From contig OX597816.1 of the NCBI GenBank assembly GCA_951406725.2, positions 163,866,001 through 163,930,000 on the forward strand: a DNA stretch of 64,000 nucleotides, written 5' to 3'. Within the stretch, counting starts at the first letter, position 1. Each line of letters begins with the position of its first letter. Shown here piece by piece: positions 1-12,399 of this stretch. Below the pieces are notes generated by a model. It searched no databases and was not told the origin of the DNA. It saw nothing but the letters and a program-made list of their open reading frames with translations. The position numbers and the translations under genes were made by a program. Source of the DNA: Octopus vulgaris. Taxonomy: Eukaryota.

Positions 1-173
1 AAGTAGAAACTAATCGATGTGAATTGTCTTCGCTGTTTGCTGGGAGGACTAAGTTTGAACCACGGGGTCTATCTTCACAATGAGGATCTCCATATGTCTT
101 TTCAAACATATGGAGGTAACTGTGTTTAGAAATTTAATCGAAAGCGCCGCATGCATGCACAAGCTCATGTAGG

Positions 174-498
<325 letters not shown>

Positions 499-706
499 AG
501 GTACATAGGTACATAGAGAGATAGAAATAAGTACATATACACGTACAGGCACGGGCGCATGCGCATACAGATATACCAACATAAACAGACATTTGTTTAC
601 ATAGACAACGTGGTTAGATGCTGTTTTATGTGAAACACGTAAGTGCTTACTTAATATGCACTGGCAGAAGATCGTCCCATGTGTAGTGTGTGTATAGAGA
701 TATATA

Positions 707-1080
707 GTGGCTGTGTGGTAAGTAGCTTGCTTACCAACCACATGGTTCCGGGTTCAGTCCCACTGCGTGGCACCTTAGGCGAGTGTTTTCTATAGCCTTG
801 TGATTGGATTTGGTAGACGGAAACTGAAAGAAGCCCGTCGTATAATATATGTGTGGGTGTGAGTGTGTGCATGTGTGTGTTTGTGTGTCTGTGTTTGTCC
901 CTCCACTATCGCTTAACAACCGATGTTAGTGTTTACGTCCCCGTAACGTAGCAGTTCGCCAAAGAGAGCGATAGAATAAGTACTAGGCTGGCAAAAAATA
1001 AGTCCTGGGATCGATTTTCCCGACTAAAAGGGGTGCTCTATCATGGCCACACTCAAATGACTGAAAGAAATAAAAGAATA
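707..1080 (+). mobile_element. tRNA-derived SINE, family A (internal TA/TG microsatellite)
   Basis: Head gtggctgtgtggtaagtagc (A-box-like) and ggttcagtccc (B-box-like), body ggatttggtagacggaaactgaaagaagc, tail catggcc..aaatgactgaaa; about 20 copies in the window. Confidence 0.9.
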
Positions 1081-1102
1081 TATGTATATATATATATAAA
1101 GG

Positions 1103-1437
1103 GTAAAGACCCCCTTCGGTCATGAATGACCATGGGATTGCACCTAGAAAGTTACCCTCCTAGACACAAGTCCGGGCAAGGTTGTTTATGGAAGGCCAGC
1201 AGTCGCCCATGCATACCGGCCTCCCCTCTCCACGCCACCAGTGTTATTCAAGGGAAAGACAAAGGTCGATACAGCTTGGTACCAGTGACGTCGCAACTCA
1301 TTTCTACAGCTGAGTGAACTGGAGCAACGTGAAATAAAGTGCCTTGCTCAAGAACACAACACGCAGCCCGGTCCGGGATTCGAGCTCACAACCTCACGAT
1401 CGTAAGCTCGACGCTCTAACCACTGAGCCATGCGCCT
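1103..1437 (-). mobile_element. tRNA-derived SINE, family C
   Basis: Minus-strand head aggcgcatggctcagtggttagagcg..gagctcgaatccc; near-identical to 19654-19988. Confidence 0.9.
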
Positions 1438-1452
1438 ATATATATATATATA

Positions 1453-1648
1453 GGGAGAGTTCACGAATAAAAAAAAAAACAAAAGACGAAGACAGGTGGT
1501 GTACAAAATAAACAGATGTATTAGTATAACGCTCAGGAATTGAAAAAGTCTTTTACGTTTGGAGCCTACGCTCTTCTACAGAAAGGGACACAGAAAAAAA
1601 CAAGGAGAGAAAAAAAAATGTGTGTAGTGGCTACCGATCTATCATGGC

Positions 1649-1651
<3 letters not shown>
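1453..1651 (-). mobile_element. short PLE pseudo-LTR-like element P1 with degenerate hammerhead motif
   Basis: Reverse complement of 32237-32428 and 57932-58130; flanked by (TA)n; GAAA mutated to CAAA in this copy. Confidence 0.8.
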
Positions 1652-1695
<44 letters not shown>

Positions 1696-1744
1696 TTAAA
1701 ATTACTAAGTCTCTCTAAAGGAGATTACGACAGCGTTACTGGAA

Positions 1745-1817
1745 ATTAATAGTTATCGCCATACTAATATGGCAGTCTTATATTTATAAGACTGCCATAT
1801 TAGTATGGCGATAACTA

Positions 1818-1822
<5 letters not shown>
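1745..1822. repeat. perfect inverted repeat, 38-bp arms, 2-nt spacer
   Basis: attaatagttatcgccatactaatatggcagtcttata-tt-tataagactgccatattagtatggcgataactattaat. Confidence 0.95.
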
Positions 1823-1877
<55 letters not shown>

Positions 1878-1991
1878 TGAAAATGGAGATATATATATAA
1901 TAATTGCCAATTAACGTTTATTAACATAATATTATGTTATATTCTTATGATAATATAACATAAAACAATAAATAATTAATATTAAATACAA

Positions 1992-2074
1992 ATTACATAG
2001 AATTGTTTCGATTCTTACCCATAATAAAATTATAAAAATCTATCGTTTGTGGTCATGAATCTCCTCAGTGTAAT
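1992..2074 (-). ncRNA. type I minimal hammerhead ribozyme motif (one helix III mismatch)
   Basis: AUUACA-CUGAGGA-GAUUC..GAAUC-GAAA-CAAUUC-UA/UGUAAU: 6-bp helix I, 5-bp helix II base. Confidence 0.7.
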
Positions 2075-2384
2075 TTTTATATGTGAGGAATCACAGATCC
2101 AAGAAAAAACCGAATTTAAATATAATTGCTGTCACACCCACACATGTATATAATGAATACAAGGGTTATACGTGAACTGCTTTTAATTTCATACTCGGGT
2201 AGTTAAGAAATCGGTTGGGCTTTTTATTGAGTACCGTATAACACTTGTTCTCTTTAAAGAACTCTTGTACTCTAGCTCTCGCTGAATTGAGTACTTTCCT
2301 GCACTCACAATACATACTTATATATAGTGTCTGGATCTACTTCTTTCCTACGTTTAAACAATTGAATCAGTATCCAAGGTTTCA

Positions 2385-2660
2385 GACCCAAAGACGTGAT
2401 CTTTTATTCACACCTAAATAACACCGATTTGACATCATTATTTTATAGGGTAGTTCCATCCAAGTTAGACCATCCAATGCCGATAGGCTCGCCCATTTCT
2501 TTATTTTGCAAAGCCTTCTTCGAGTATGATGTAGTATTTTTGAAACAATTCACCTGTTGATACAGTCAGTTTTTAAACGAGCTTTCTCTTGAGCCAATGT
2601 AACACGCGGTGTTATTCTTTTCTTCGGTTGTGTTGGCATTTAGACAATTCCAGTAATTTT
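2385..2660 (-). pseudogene. degenerate PLE GIY-YIG endonuclease fragment
   Basis: Minus translation TACYIGSRESSFKN*LYQQVNCFKN..IGWSNLDG..NRCYLGVNKR resembles the PLE EN pattern YIG..FK.R..H..F..W.IL..RC.LC..EK; lies upstream of the 1992-2074 hammerhead. Confidence 0.55.
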
Positions 2661-3204
2661 TATAGGGATCCATAGATAAAAAATAGTTGAAAATCACTGA
2701 TCTACACAACCAGCCCCTGTACATAACTGGTATTTTATTTTATCGTTCTGGTGCGATTAACGTCAAAGTTGATCGCGAAAGGATTTGAACTCAAAGCATA
2801 AAGTCCTGGAACGAATACTACGAGGCATACTTTAATGATTCTGCTAATCCACGTGAGATTATTGATAGAGATTTTGGATCAATAGTTGGGGTACTATGGG
2901 GCGATATCTTGTCCACTTTACTCTTTGTGATCAAGATGATAATCCCATAAAGGTGATAAATGAAGGAGTCATTAAAGATAAGCTTGGTGAAAAAAAATAA
3001 GGGAAGAATGGAAAAATCAATCACTTCCATTTCTGGCTGGCAGGAAGCTGTTTGCGAAGAATGAAGACGAAATAGGAATGCAACTGAGCAAACATTACAG
3101 GGATTTTTATCAAAGATATTGGTAGGACGGAAATACGAAACTACGGAACTAAGGATTTCTACATTGCACTGTAGAGGGACTGAATAACGAAACGAAGACG
3201 AATA

Positions 3205-3663
3205 ATGATGATAACGACGACGACGACGATGATGATAATGATGAGAAGCAGGAGGAGGGGGGAGGAGAAGAAGAATAAGAATTGAAGAAGAAGAAGGAGG
3301 AGGAGGAGGAGGAGGAGGAGGAGGAGACGAAGAAGAAGAAGAAGAAGAAGAAGAAGAAGAAGAAGAAGAAGAAGAAGAAGAAGAAGGAGGAGAAAAAGAA
3401 GAAGAAGGAAGAGAAAAAGAAGAAGGAAGAGAAAAAGAAGAGGAAGAGAAAAAGAAGAAGAAGAAGAAGAAGAAGAAAGAAGAAGAAGAAGAAGAAGAAG
3501 AAGAAGAAGAAGAAGAAGAAGAAGAAGAAGAAGAATTGAAGAAGAAGAAGAAGAAGAATTGAAGAAGAAGAATTGAAGAAGAAGAAGAAGAAGAAGAAGA
3601 AGAAGAAGAAGAAGAAGAAGAAGAAGAAGAAGAAGAAGAAGAAGAAGAAGAAGAAGAAGAAGA
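3205..3663. repeat. (GAA)n/(GAG)n polypurine microsatellite
   Basis: Visible triplet run. Confidence 0.95.
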
Positions 3664-4123
3664 ATGGAAGAATTCTTATGAATGTATGAAATCCACCAAT
3701 ATATGGCCTTTACAGTAAATAACTTGATTATTTCTGGAATGACTCAAAGAAAATGGCGTTTGGGAATTTGAGAGCAGTGGTATTGCCGCTGTTTGTTTGT
3801 TTGTTTGTGACAGCAGAGAATTGGTCAGAAGACCAATAAGAAATAGTGTTTGGTGGGGAGAATTTACTGAGAAATTGTAAAAAAAATGAGTTTGCAAAAA
3901 GAACTTATGATTGCTGTGATTGTTGAGTTGTGAAGTACAATAACGGTAAATGCCATTAAGGGTCATGGAGTGACGAAATTATCAGATAAGGATCTGCAGA
4001 ATAATGTTTGTTGTGATTCTTGACTTGTAAATTACAATTATAGGCAAATGCCGTTAATGATCAAGGTAAGATCGAATTATCAGATAAAAAAAAAATTGCT
4101 GGATCATGTTTAAAAGCTACTCA

Positions 4124-4287
4124 GAGTAGCTGTGTGGTAAGTAGCTTGCTAACCAACCACATGGTTCTGGGTTCAGTCCCACTGCGTGGCATCTTGGGGA
4201 AGTGTCTTCTGCTATAGCCCCGGGCCGACCAATGCCTTGTGAGTGGATTTGGTAGACGGAAACTGAAAGAAGCCTGTCGTATATATG

Positions 4288-4318
<31 letters not shown>

Positions 4319-4543
4319 TTGTTTGTGTGTCTGTGTTTGTCCCCCTAGCATTGCTTGACAACCGAAGCTGGTGTGTTTACGTCCCCGTCACTGAGCGGTT
4401 CGGCAAAAGGAACCGATAGAATAAGTACTGGGCTTACAAAAAGAATAAGTCCCGGGGTCGAGTTGCTCGATTAAAGGCGGTGCTCCAGCATGGCCGCAGT
4501 CAAATGACTGAAACAAGTAAAAGAGTAAAAGAGTAAAGAGAGT
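4124..4543 (+). mobile_element. SINE family A, full length
   Basis: Same head and body; tail gtaaaagagtaaaagagt. Confidence 0.9.
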
Positions 4544-4667
4544 AACAAGTATTTAACTAGGATAGAGAGAGAAGTTTCGAGAAGGAAGATAAACGAAATT
4601 TTATGGTGGAGAAAATGGGGTTATTTTCTAATTTTTTTTTGGAGGATTCGAGGTCATCTGAAAGTGA

Positions 4668-5260
4668 GGCGTCGTTGTTGTTGTGACTTTGTGCTTAAGG
4701 ATATTTGGCTCACGATTGTCATGTCATGAGATCGATTCTCAGCGACGCATTGCGCCCTTGAGCAAGACACTTTATTTCACGTTGCTTCATTCCACTCAAT
4801 CGATAAAAATAAGCCCTACCTGTAATTAAAAAGGGGCCAGCCTTGTCACATTCTGTGTCCATGCTGAATCTCCCTGAGAACTAAGTTAAGTGTACACGCT
4901 TGTCTGCGGAGTACTCAGCCACGTGTGGCGTCGTTGTTGTTATTCTCGCTTTTGTTGTGACTTTGTGCTTACGATCGTAATGTCATGAGATCGATTTTCA
5001 GCGACGCATCGTGTCCTTGAGCAAGACACTTTATTTCACGTTGCTTCATTCCACTGAATCGACAAAAATAAGCCCTACCTGTAATTAAAAAGGGGCCAGC
5101 CTTAACACATTCTGTGTCATGCTGAATCTCCCTGAGAACTAAGTTAAGTGTACACGCTTGTCTGCGGAGTACTCAGCCACTTGCACGTTAATTTCACAAG
5201 TAGACCGTTCCGTTGATCGGATCAACTGGAATGCTCGTTGTCGTAAGCGACGGAGGACCA
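4668..5260 (+). mobile_element. degenerate SINE (C-like middle, B-like tail) with ~255-bp tandem duplication
   Basis: 4668-4922 is repeated at 4928-5180; tail gatcaactggaa..tcgttgtcgtaagcgacggag. Confidence 0.75.
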
Positions 5261-5328
5261 GTTATTGTTGTGGTTGTTTGTTTTTATTGCTGTTGCTGTT
5301 GTTTCTTATTGGTGTTATTATAGTTGTA

Positions 5329-5560
5329 AGGCGGCGAGCTGGCAGAATCGTTAGCACGCCGGACGAAATGCTTAGCAGTATTTCGTCTGCCGTTACGTTC
5401 TGAGTTCAAATTCCGCCGAGGTCGACTTTGCCTTTCATCCTTTCGGGGTCGATAAATTAAGTACCGGTTACGCACTGGAGTCGATGTAATCGACTTAATT
5501 CCTTTGTCTGTCCTTCTTTGTCCCCCTCTATGTTTAGCCCCTTGTGGGCAATAAAAAAAA
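5329..5560 (+). mobile_element. SINE family D
   Basis: aggcggcgagctggcagaa..gagttcaaattcc..gcctttcatcctttcggggtcgataaa..gccccttgtgggcaataaa; partial TSD tatagttgt. Confidence 0.9.
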
Positions 5561-5689
5561 TTATATAGTTGTTATTGCTGCTGCTGTTATTGCTGCTGTT
5601 GTTGTTGTTGTTGTTGTTACTGTTTTTTTATTCTTGTAGCTGTTATTGTTGTTATGATTGTTGTTACTGTTATTTTCTCTTAATCACAG

Positions 5690-5748
5690 GTTTTGTTGGA
5701 AATCCTGGAGTCTTGCATGCATATCGGGGTTATTACCTGCAGCCTACG
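5690..5748 (+). CDS. candidate 59-nt internal exon of an unknown host gene
   Basis: Acceptor tattttctcttaatcacag, donor cg/gtaaca, unique sequence between microsatellites, no stop in any frame (e.g. GFVGNPGVLHAYRGYYLQPT). Confidence 0.45.
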
Positions 5749-5819
5749 GTAACATGCATTACGGTCTTCTCAGCTATCTGATACTTTACTGATTATTCTG
5801 TATTATTATTATTATTATT

Positions 5820-5858
<39 letters not shown>

Positions 5859-6136
5859 ATTATCATTATAAGAATTTTGAAACATTTGACAGAACGTGAA
5901 ATCGCAGGCATCCTTCAACTTTTTCGCTCCAAAAGGGTTTTTCAAGCTATTGTTTATATACTTATATGTACTTCGAGATCCAATTCCCAAAAAGTATTAT
6001 TCTTGCTGCTATTGTTGCTGTCACGTGCATGTTTCTCTCTCCATCTCTCCCCTCTCCTCTCTCTCTTTCTTTCAATATATATATATATATTTGTATGTAT
6101 GTATGTATGTATGTATGTATGTATGTATGTATGTAT

Positions 6137-6300
6137 ATTCTTCCTTCGTCTTCCCTTCTATTGGACTTTTCTCTGTTTCCGAAGAAGAGCATCTGCTCGA
6201 AACATTAAACCATCTTTCTTTCCTTCCCTGAGCATCTGCTAATACTTTACATGTACCACGTCCTCGCGTTGTTGGTTTTTTGTGTTCTTTTTTAGATTTA
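6137..6300 (+). mobile_element. short PLE pLTR-like element P2 with hammerhead-like motif at 6175-6210
   Basis: guuu-CCGAAGA-a-GAGC-aucu-GCUC-GAAA-ca-UU/aaac; its 3' part recurs reversed at ~15160-15240. Confidence 0.6.
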
Positions 6301-6499
6301 CGATATATGTATATAACGTTGCTATTATGTTAAATTGTCGTATGTCCAAATTTGGACAAATGCCTTATTTTTGTTTTTGTTTATCTATCGCATCACCAGC
6401 TGCTTCAGATTGCAACATACTAAAACATGTCAAAGTGTTGTAGAACGGTTTTGCTATGGAATGGATAAGCAATGTTTGAACACTTTTGCATTATAGCAA

Positions 6500-6552
<53 letters not shown>

Positions 6553-6660
6553 TCTAAATACATACATACACACATACATACATACATACATACATACATA
6601 CATACATACATACATACATACATACATACATACATACATACATACATACATACATACATA

Positions 6661-7193
6661 CTGCAGTACCAGGCAGTGACTATCATGGCTTCTGATCTTA
6701 ACTGATTGGAAGTGTTATCATGTACATTGTTTTGTCTTGGTATAAAAGATGGGCTACAGCAAATATTCTGCTCAATACCACAGATTTGCTTGTCAGTTGC
6801 TTGACCATAACCAGTTGAGCATGCCCCTTAGTGGTTGGCGATATGTGCATCTCTGATCACGAGCAGAAGTAGTGGGGGAGCATCATAGCCATGTGTTGAG
6901 AGGAATTCTTTGGGTTTTGGATAATTCACCTCTGGAAACATAGGTATTTCGTTCAACATCCTTATTCAGGGACCAATTGAGCGAGATAGATTACTTGACC
7001 TGAAGAAAATTCTAAGTGGGCCCCAACTGCAAGCTCATGCGCTGTTTATCTTGGTATGATATCACCATGTCGCGTACATATGGTTGTGACGCATGTGCCA
7101 AGTGTACCCTTATCATTTGGGTAGTCATGATGGATATACTGGGTTTCGTATATTTTACCCCAGTGTCACTTTGATGGCATACACTGCTTTCTC
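6661..7193 (+). mobile_element. ~530-bp non-coding dispersed repeat (possible R4/Dong-type non-autonomous element)
   Basis: Matches 47555-47950 and 48068-48315 on the minus strand; classification is inference. Confidence 0.7.
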
Positions 7194-7479
7194 ATGCATA
7201 TGCATGCATATAGAAATGTATGTATATATGTATGTGTGTAAGTATGTATTCATACATGTATATGTCTTTCGTATTGTCCTCCCACCTCATAACAATCGGG
7301 ATTGCAATGTTTACGATACCCTAACTTAGCTGTTCAACAAAAGAGATGGTCAGAATATGTACCAAACTTTAATAAGAATAAGCAATAAGTTCGATTCGAT
7401 CAACTAAATGCTTTCAAGACTGTGCTCCAGCATGTCCGCAGTGCTATGAGTGAAACAAGTAAACGAATACAAGTGTAAA

Positions 7480-7878
7480 ATACATACACACACAACCATG
7501 CACGCATACACGCACGCGCACACATGCACACACACGCACGCATGCACACACTCAAACACACACAAATGCACGCACGCGCGCACACACGCACGCGCGCACA
7601 CACGCACACATTCACACACAGACATACTCACACACACACAGGCGCGCACACACCCTCACATACACAGACATACACACATGCACACACGCACGCACACGGA
7701 CACAAACACACACACACTCACACACACAGACACACACACACAGGCACGCACACACACAGGCACGCACACACACACACGCAAACACTCAGATATACACACG
7801 CACACATTCACACACACATACACATGCACGCACGCACACACATACAGTCACACACACATACACTCACACATGCACAAA
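7480..7878. repeat. degenerate (CA)n tract
   Basis: Visible. Confidence 0.9.
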
Positions 7879-9270
7879 TATCCTATATGATAATGCGATT
7901 TTACTATCAACGGCAGTGAAGTATATATGATAATTTAATACTGGTACAAGAAAAGATAAGTGTCAAAAATATAGTCAATATGGCTCTATTGTTAAACCAA
8001 AACATGGCTAGTGACTGGAGGTGTATTTTTGGTGCAGGACAGCAGCTAACTAACTAACCAGACATTGTGATAAAAGCAAGTGTCCAAGACATTCTTACTG
8101 TCTTGTCTAACAGATAAAATCATTCCAATAACACGAATGGAATCCTCTTCAAATACAAAGGTCTCGAAAAGAATAAGAATGTGGAATATAAAGATGGCTA
8201 AAAGAACTGTCCTTGTGTTCATAAAATGTGTGAGGACAGTTAAAAGTGAAAGTAAGAATAGGGTTGAAGGACTCTTTGGCAAAGTTAAGTCACATATTTA
8301 TATATATATACATAACTGTGTGTATGCGAGTGTGTGTATGTATGTGTGTTTGTGCATGTATGTGTTGTAAGTGTATATGTACACACACACACATATATAT
8401 TTATACATAGATAAATAGAGAGAGAGAGAAATTTGATCGATGGTAGAACCGTATCAGTTTACCCTCTTCCTTATCTTTGTTTCTTCTTCATCTCCCTCTT
8501 CTCTCCTCCTCCTCCTCCTCCCTCCTTCTTTATTTGTCTCTTCCTCTCTCTCATTTATCCCTGTCTCTACTTTCACTTTCTGTTTCAAGTGACACTCGAG
8601 AAAACACGACGAAGGTTTTTAGTTACCGAACAATCCACTTGACCTCTACTCTGTCAAGCGTCCGCCGCACCCTACTCTTTTTACGTTACCGCATCTCCAA
8701 CAACCAGCAGAACCAAGACACAACTCTTAGACCAACACCAATTCTACCTATGAGCTTTTACCAATGGAAAATGATGAGGACAAATCCATAGAAAGAACTC
8801 GAACCCTCCTACACGTGATATCAGCTGTTTCATATAAATCCATTCACATAGGAACTGTGAACATTAGACGAGTGCTTTCAAACAGCATTTTCGTCATTCC
8901 CTCTTGAACATATCGAACACCTCCATCTGACCATCAATCCTAAATTAGGGGGTTAAACTCTTCTAACTGCTCTTACCTCCTGACCCTTTTCGCAAACACT
9001 GTTTAAGATAATGAGTTCAGATAGATTATCGATGATTTAAAACCCGCTGTTGTTGTTTAAGTCTTGGGTTAGTTAGATCTGTTAGAATAGATAGGACCGG
9101 AGGCGTTCTAGATGTGACCACCATGCCCATTATTTTATTTTATTCTTTTTCTTTCATTTTGCTTCTATTATTAAGTTAGTGTGTTTGTATTTGAAAGAGT
9201 GTTTGAGAGAAATCTGCAATATTTTGGAGAGCAATGGGGTCGGTCAGTTGATAGTCGGTCACGGAGGACA

Positions 9271-9281
9271 GTCACCATCAT

Positions 9282-9313
<32 letters not shown>

Positions 9314-9326
9314 CCAACATCATCAT

Positions 9327-9370
<44 letters not shown>

Positions 9371-9433
9371 TCATCATCATCATCAGCAGCAGCAGCAGCA
9401 CCAACATCATCATCATCATCATCATCATCATCG

Positions 9434-9474
<41 letters not shown>

Positions 9475-10000
9475 GTCGTCGTCGTCGTCGTCTTCACCAT
9501 TATCATCATCACCATCATCATCATCATCATCATCGCCACCACCATCATCATCATCATCATCATATTTATCGTCGTCGTCTTCATCATGATCATAATGATC
9601 ATCATCATCATCATCGTCCTCGTCGTCGTCGTCGTCGTCATCATCATCACTATCAGCAGCAGCAGGAGCATCGTAGCTGTCGTCGTCATCATCATCATCA
9701 TTATCATCACCATCATCATCATCACCATTATCACCAATATCATCGTCGTCGTTGTCGTCGCCATCTTCATGGTCATCATCGTGAACATCAATATCATCAT
9801 CATCATCGTCCTGCTCTTCCTCCTCACTCCCCCTCCTCATCATCATCATTCGCATCATCCTCATCATCATCAACATCTTTATCATTTATTTATCATCATC
9901 AACATCAACATCATTGCCACCATGATTATCGTCGTCGTCGTCGTCATCATGGTCATCAAAGCAACACCAATAACATTATCAACCACATCACCATCATTAT
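9271..10000. repeat. compound (CAT)/(CAG)/(CGT) trinucleotide tract
   Basis: Visible; produces poly-M/D/I/S pseudo-ORFs. Confidence 0.95.
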
Positions 10001-10204
10001 GCCTCGCCCCCTCTCCCATTTAAGTATGGGGGTAATCTTAGTATGTCTCCCCACCGGTCCACCTCTCCATGGGAAGGTTCCTTCCAGCTGTGATTAGCGT
10101 TAATGTTATCTTTTTTTTTTACCAGAAGAGCTCTATCCATTCACATATACATACATACGTACATATATACATATGGAGTGAGAAAATGAAGGAATGAATT
10201 ATTG

Positions 10205-10443
10205 TGAAGAAGAAGCAGAAGAAGCAGAAGAAGAAGAAGAAGAAGAAGAAGAAGAAGAAGAAGAAGAAGAAGAAGAAGAAGAAGAAGAAGAAGAAGAAGA
10301 AGAAGAAGAAGAAGAAGAAGAAGCGATGGTGATGATGACAACGATGACGATGATGATGATGATGATTCCAGAAAGAAAGGAAAACGATTGTAAGAAAGGA
10401 CGACAAAAAGAAATACAGAGAAACAGCAGACAGACAGACTGAT

Positions 10444-10474
<31 letters not shown>

Positions 10475-10548
10475 ATTAAGAAAGAAAAAAGCAAGAAAGA
10501 AAGAAAGAAAGAAAGGAATGAAGGAAGGAAGGAAGGAAGGAAGGAACT
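10205..10548. repeat. (GAA)n, (GAT)n, (GAAA)n, (GGAA)n microsatellites
   Basis: Visible. Confidence 0.9.
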
Positions 10549-10969
10549 AAAGGAAAGCTAATTTATTGAGTAGGCGCCTACTTCAACAGACAATCATTGG
10601 TAAAAATTCGAGTGACAACGGATCGATATCGAAATCAATCAATCAGACAGTCAATCAATCAATCAATCACATTGTTTAATTTGAACAAGTCTGTTGGAAT
10701 CCGGCCTAATTTATTTGAATAGAAATTGATTAAACTTAAATGAAAAAATAATTATAAATTATAATCGCTCCTTTTAGACACAAGCTTGGTTATGTGGTTA
10801 GGAAACTCGCTTTGTAACACCGCGGTCTTGGGTTCAATACCAATGTATGGCACATTTGGCAAATTCTCTTCTACTATAGCCCCACACCGACCAATACTTT
10901 GGAAGGGAATTTGGTAAAAGGAAACTCCCAGGACGCCCATCGTATATATATATGTGTGTGTGTGCGCGC

Positions 10970-11125
10970 TCTTTTATCCTTTGTGGCAATCTCCTGTTTC
11001 TGGATTGCAAACGCATAGCCTTCAAAGTGTAATGTGATGTAGTGGTCTTGTGTCCAAGAGAGGCTGCGCCTCGTGTCAATTCTACAGTCTTCTCCAAACT
11101 TCCGGGCAACATACCCATGCATGGT
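10970..11125 (-). pseudogene. R4-clade-like non-LTR retrotransposon fragment (post-RT region)
   Basis: MHGYVARK..D..RSLSWTQDHYITLHFEGYAFAIQKQEIATK fits the MHG..W..EG..AIQ.Q.I.T pattern of REL-type LINEs. Confidence 0.65.
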
Positions 11126-11486
11126 TTTTCTTTTTTTTTGTATGCATGTATGTATGTAGTCGGAAGAGAGGGTATTCGATATCATTCTAGAGATTAGTAA
11201 TATATTTCAATTCGGTCGAACCAGTGTGTTGTAACTCTGAGTTACAACAAATAGTAATTTTAAGCGACTGAGGGCAGGGAACATAAATCTGCGAGTAGTC
11301 ATTCATATACATCCATGTTTCAACAACCAATATCATGTCAATCTTTCTAATGATATTCACAGCTTTATCACTCGGCTTAAAAGAATTTCATGCATCTATA
11401 CATGAGAGTATAATACATTATATATGTGTGTATATATGCATGTATGTATATATAGTAGTAATTATTATTTTAAGCTATATAAGACA

Positions 11487-11579
11487 TACATGTGTTTCAG
11501 TAAAGCAATTGTCATTTTTACGCAAGAAAAATAAGCAGCAGTGCGTAGTAATGACAATTGGTTTACTGAAACACGTGTA
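11487..11579. repeat. imperfect fold-back, 38-bp arms, carrying a hammerhead 3' half (GAAAC-ACGU-GUA)
   Basis: tacatgtgtttcagtaaagcaattgtcatttttacgca / tgcgtagtaatgacaattggtttactgaaacacgtgta. Confidence 0.7.
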
Positions 11580-11794
11580 CTTTTCATAAAATTTAAAATA
11601 TCAATTATGTTTCTCTGTGTTTATTATAACCATAATGTAGTTCGAAAGTAAATGTCGTAAATGAACATTTAGTACTGATGAAGTTTCTTTTATAGCAATG
11701 TTATTTTGTTTTTCATTATACGACCATCTTTTAGCTTATGGTAACTCCATCATGTTAGACATAATCTATTTAAACGTGATTGATTGCTGGAAAT

Positions 11795-12170
11795 TCTTAA
11801 TATTCATAGAAGTGTCGGCAAGAAATCAGGAATTTTGATGTTTTGTTTAGAATTGCAGAGGACTGTAATGGAATGTTATGATTCTCTGAGAGACAAACAT
11901 TTTATCTTCTGGAAAGTCGTGTAGAGGAAGCGAGTTGTACACTAATCCAAGCAATTATTTTTTTAATTGTTTATATAAAAATCCTTTAAAAACCAGATAT
12001 ATTTAGAGATTGATGTGGGGTGTTATCTTTCTGAGTGACTGTGTGAAAACATACGTTGCAAGAATACTTTTCACTGAGTTTTGCAATAAAACCTACATAA
12101 GTTTTTATGTTACTAGGTTATTTCCAAGGACTACCATAACCGATAAATAATGCCTTTTAAGTTACTATGT
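11795..12170 (-). pseudogene. degenerate PLE GIY-YIG endonuclease (CxxC-containing type)
   Basis: Minus frames give KTYVG, TSISKYIWFLKD and RR*NVCLSEN..ILNKTSKFLISCRH. Confidence 0.7.
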
Positions 12171-12399
12171 TATTTCCAAGGTTATATACCATAACCGATA
12201 AACCAATGCTTGAGACACACATACAGAGTTCAAAAGAGTGATATTAGAGTTGCTGCAATTAGAAACGGTAAAATTCTGCATCTTCGTTCTGGTAAATTTT
12301 ATTCTGATTATACTAGCTCTATAAGCAGTGATGTCCTCGACGCAACTTTAGCAAATTCTTTTAATGCTGTCTCCCAGAAAAAATATTATATCTATGGGC

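Noticed and set aside
707-790. SINE heads as functional tRNA genes
   Set aside because: They have A/B-box-like motifs but no complete cloverleaf, and they continue into SINE bodies
8590-8910. Unique-looking segment after a pyrimidine tract, a possible exon
   Set aside because: No clean donor and frames close; only a faint IHIGTVNIR similarity to a LINE endonuclease start
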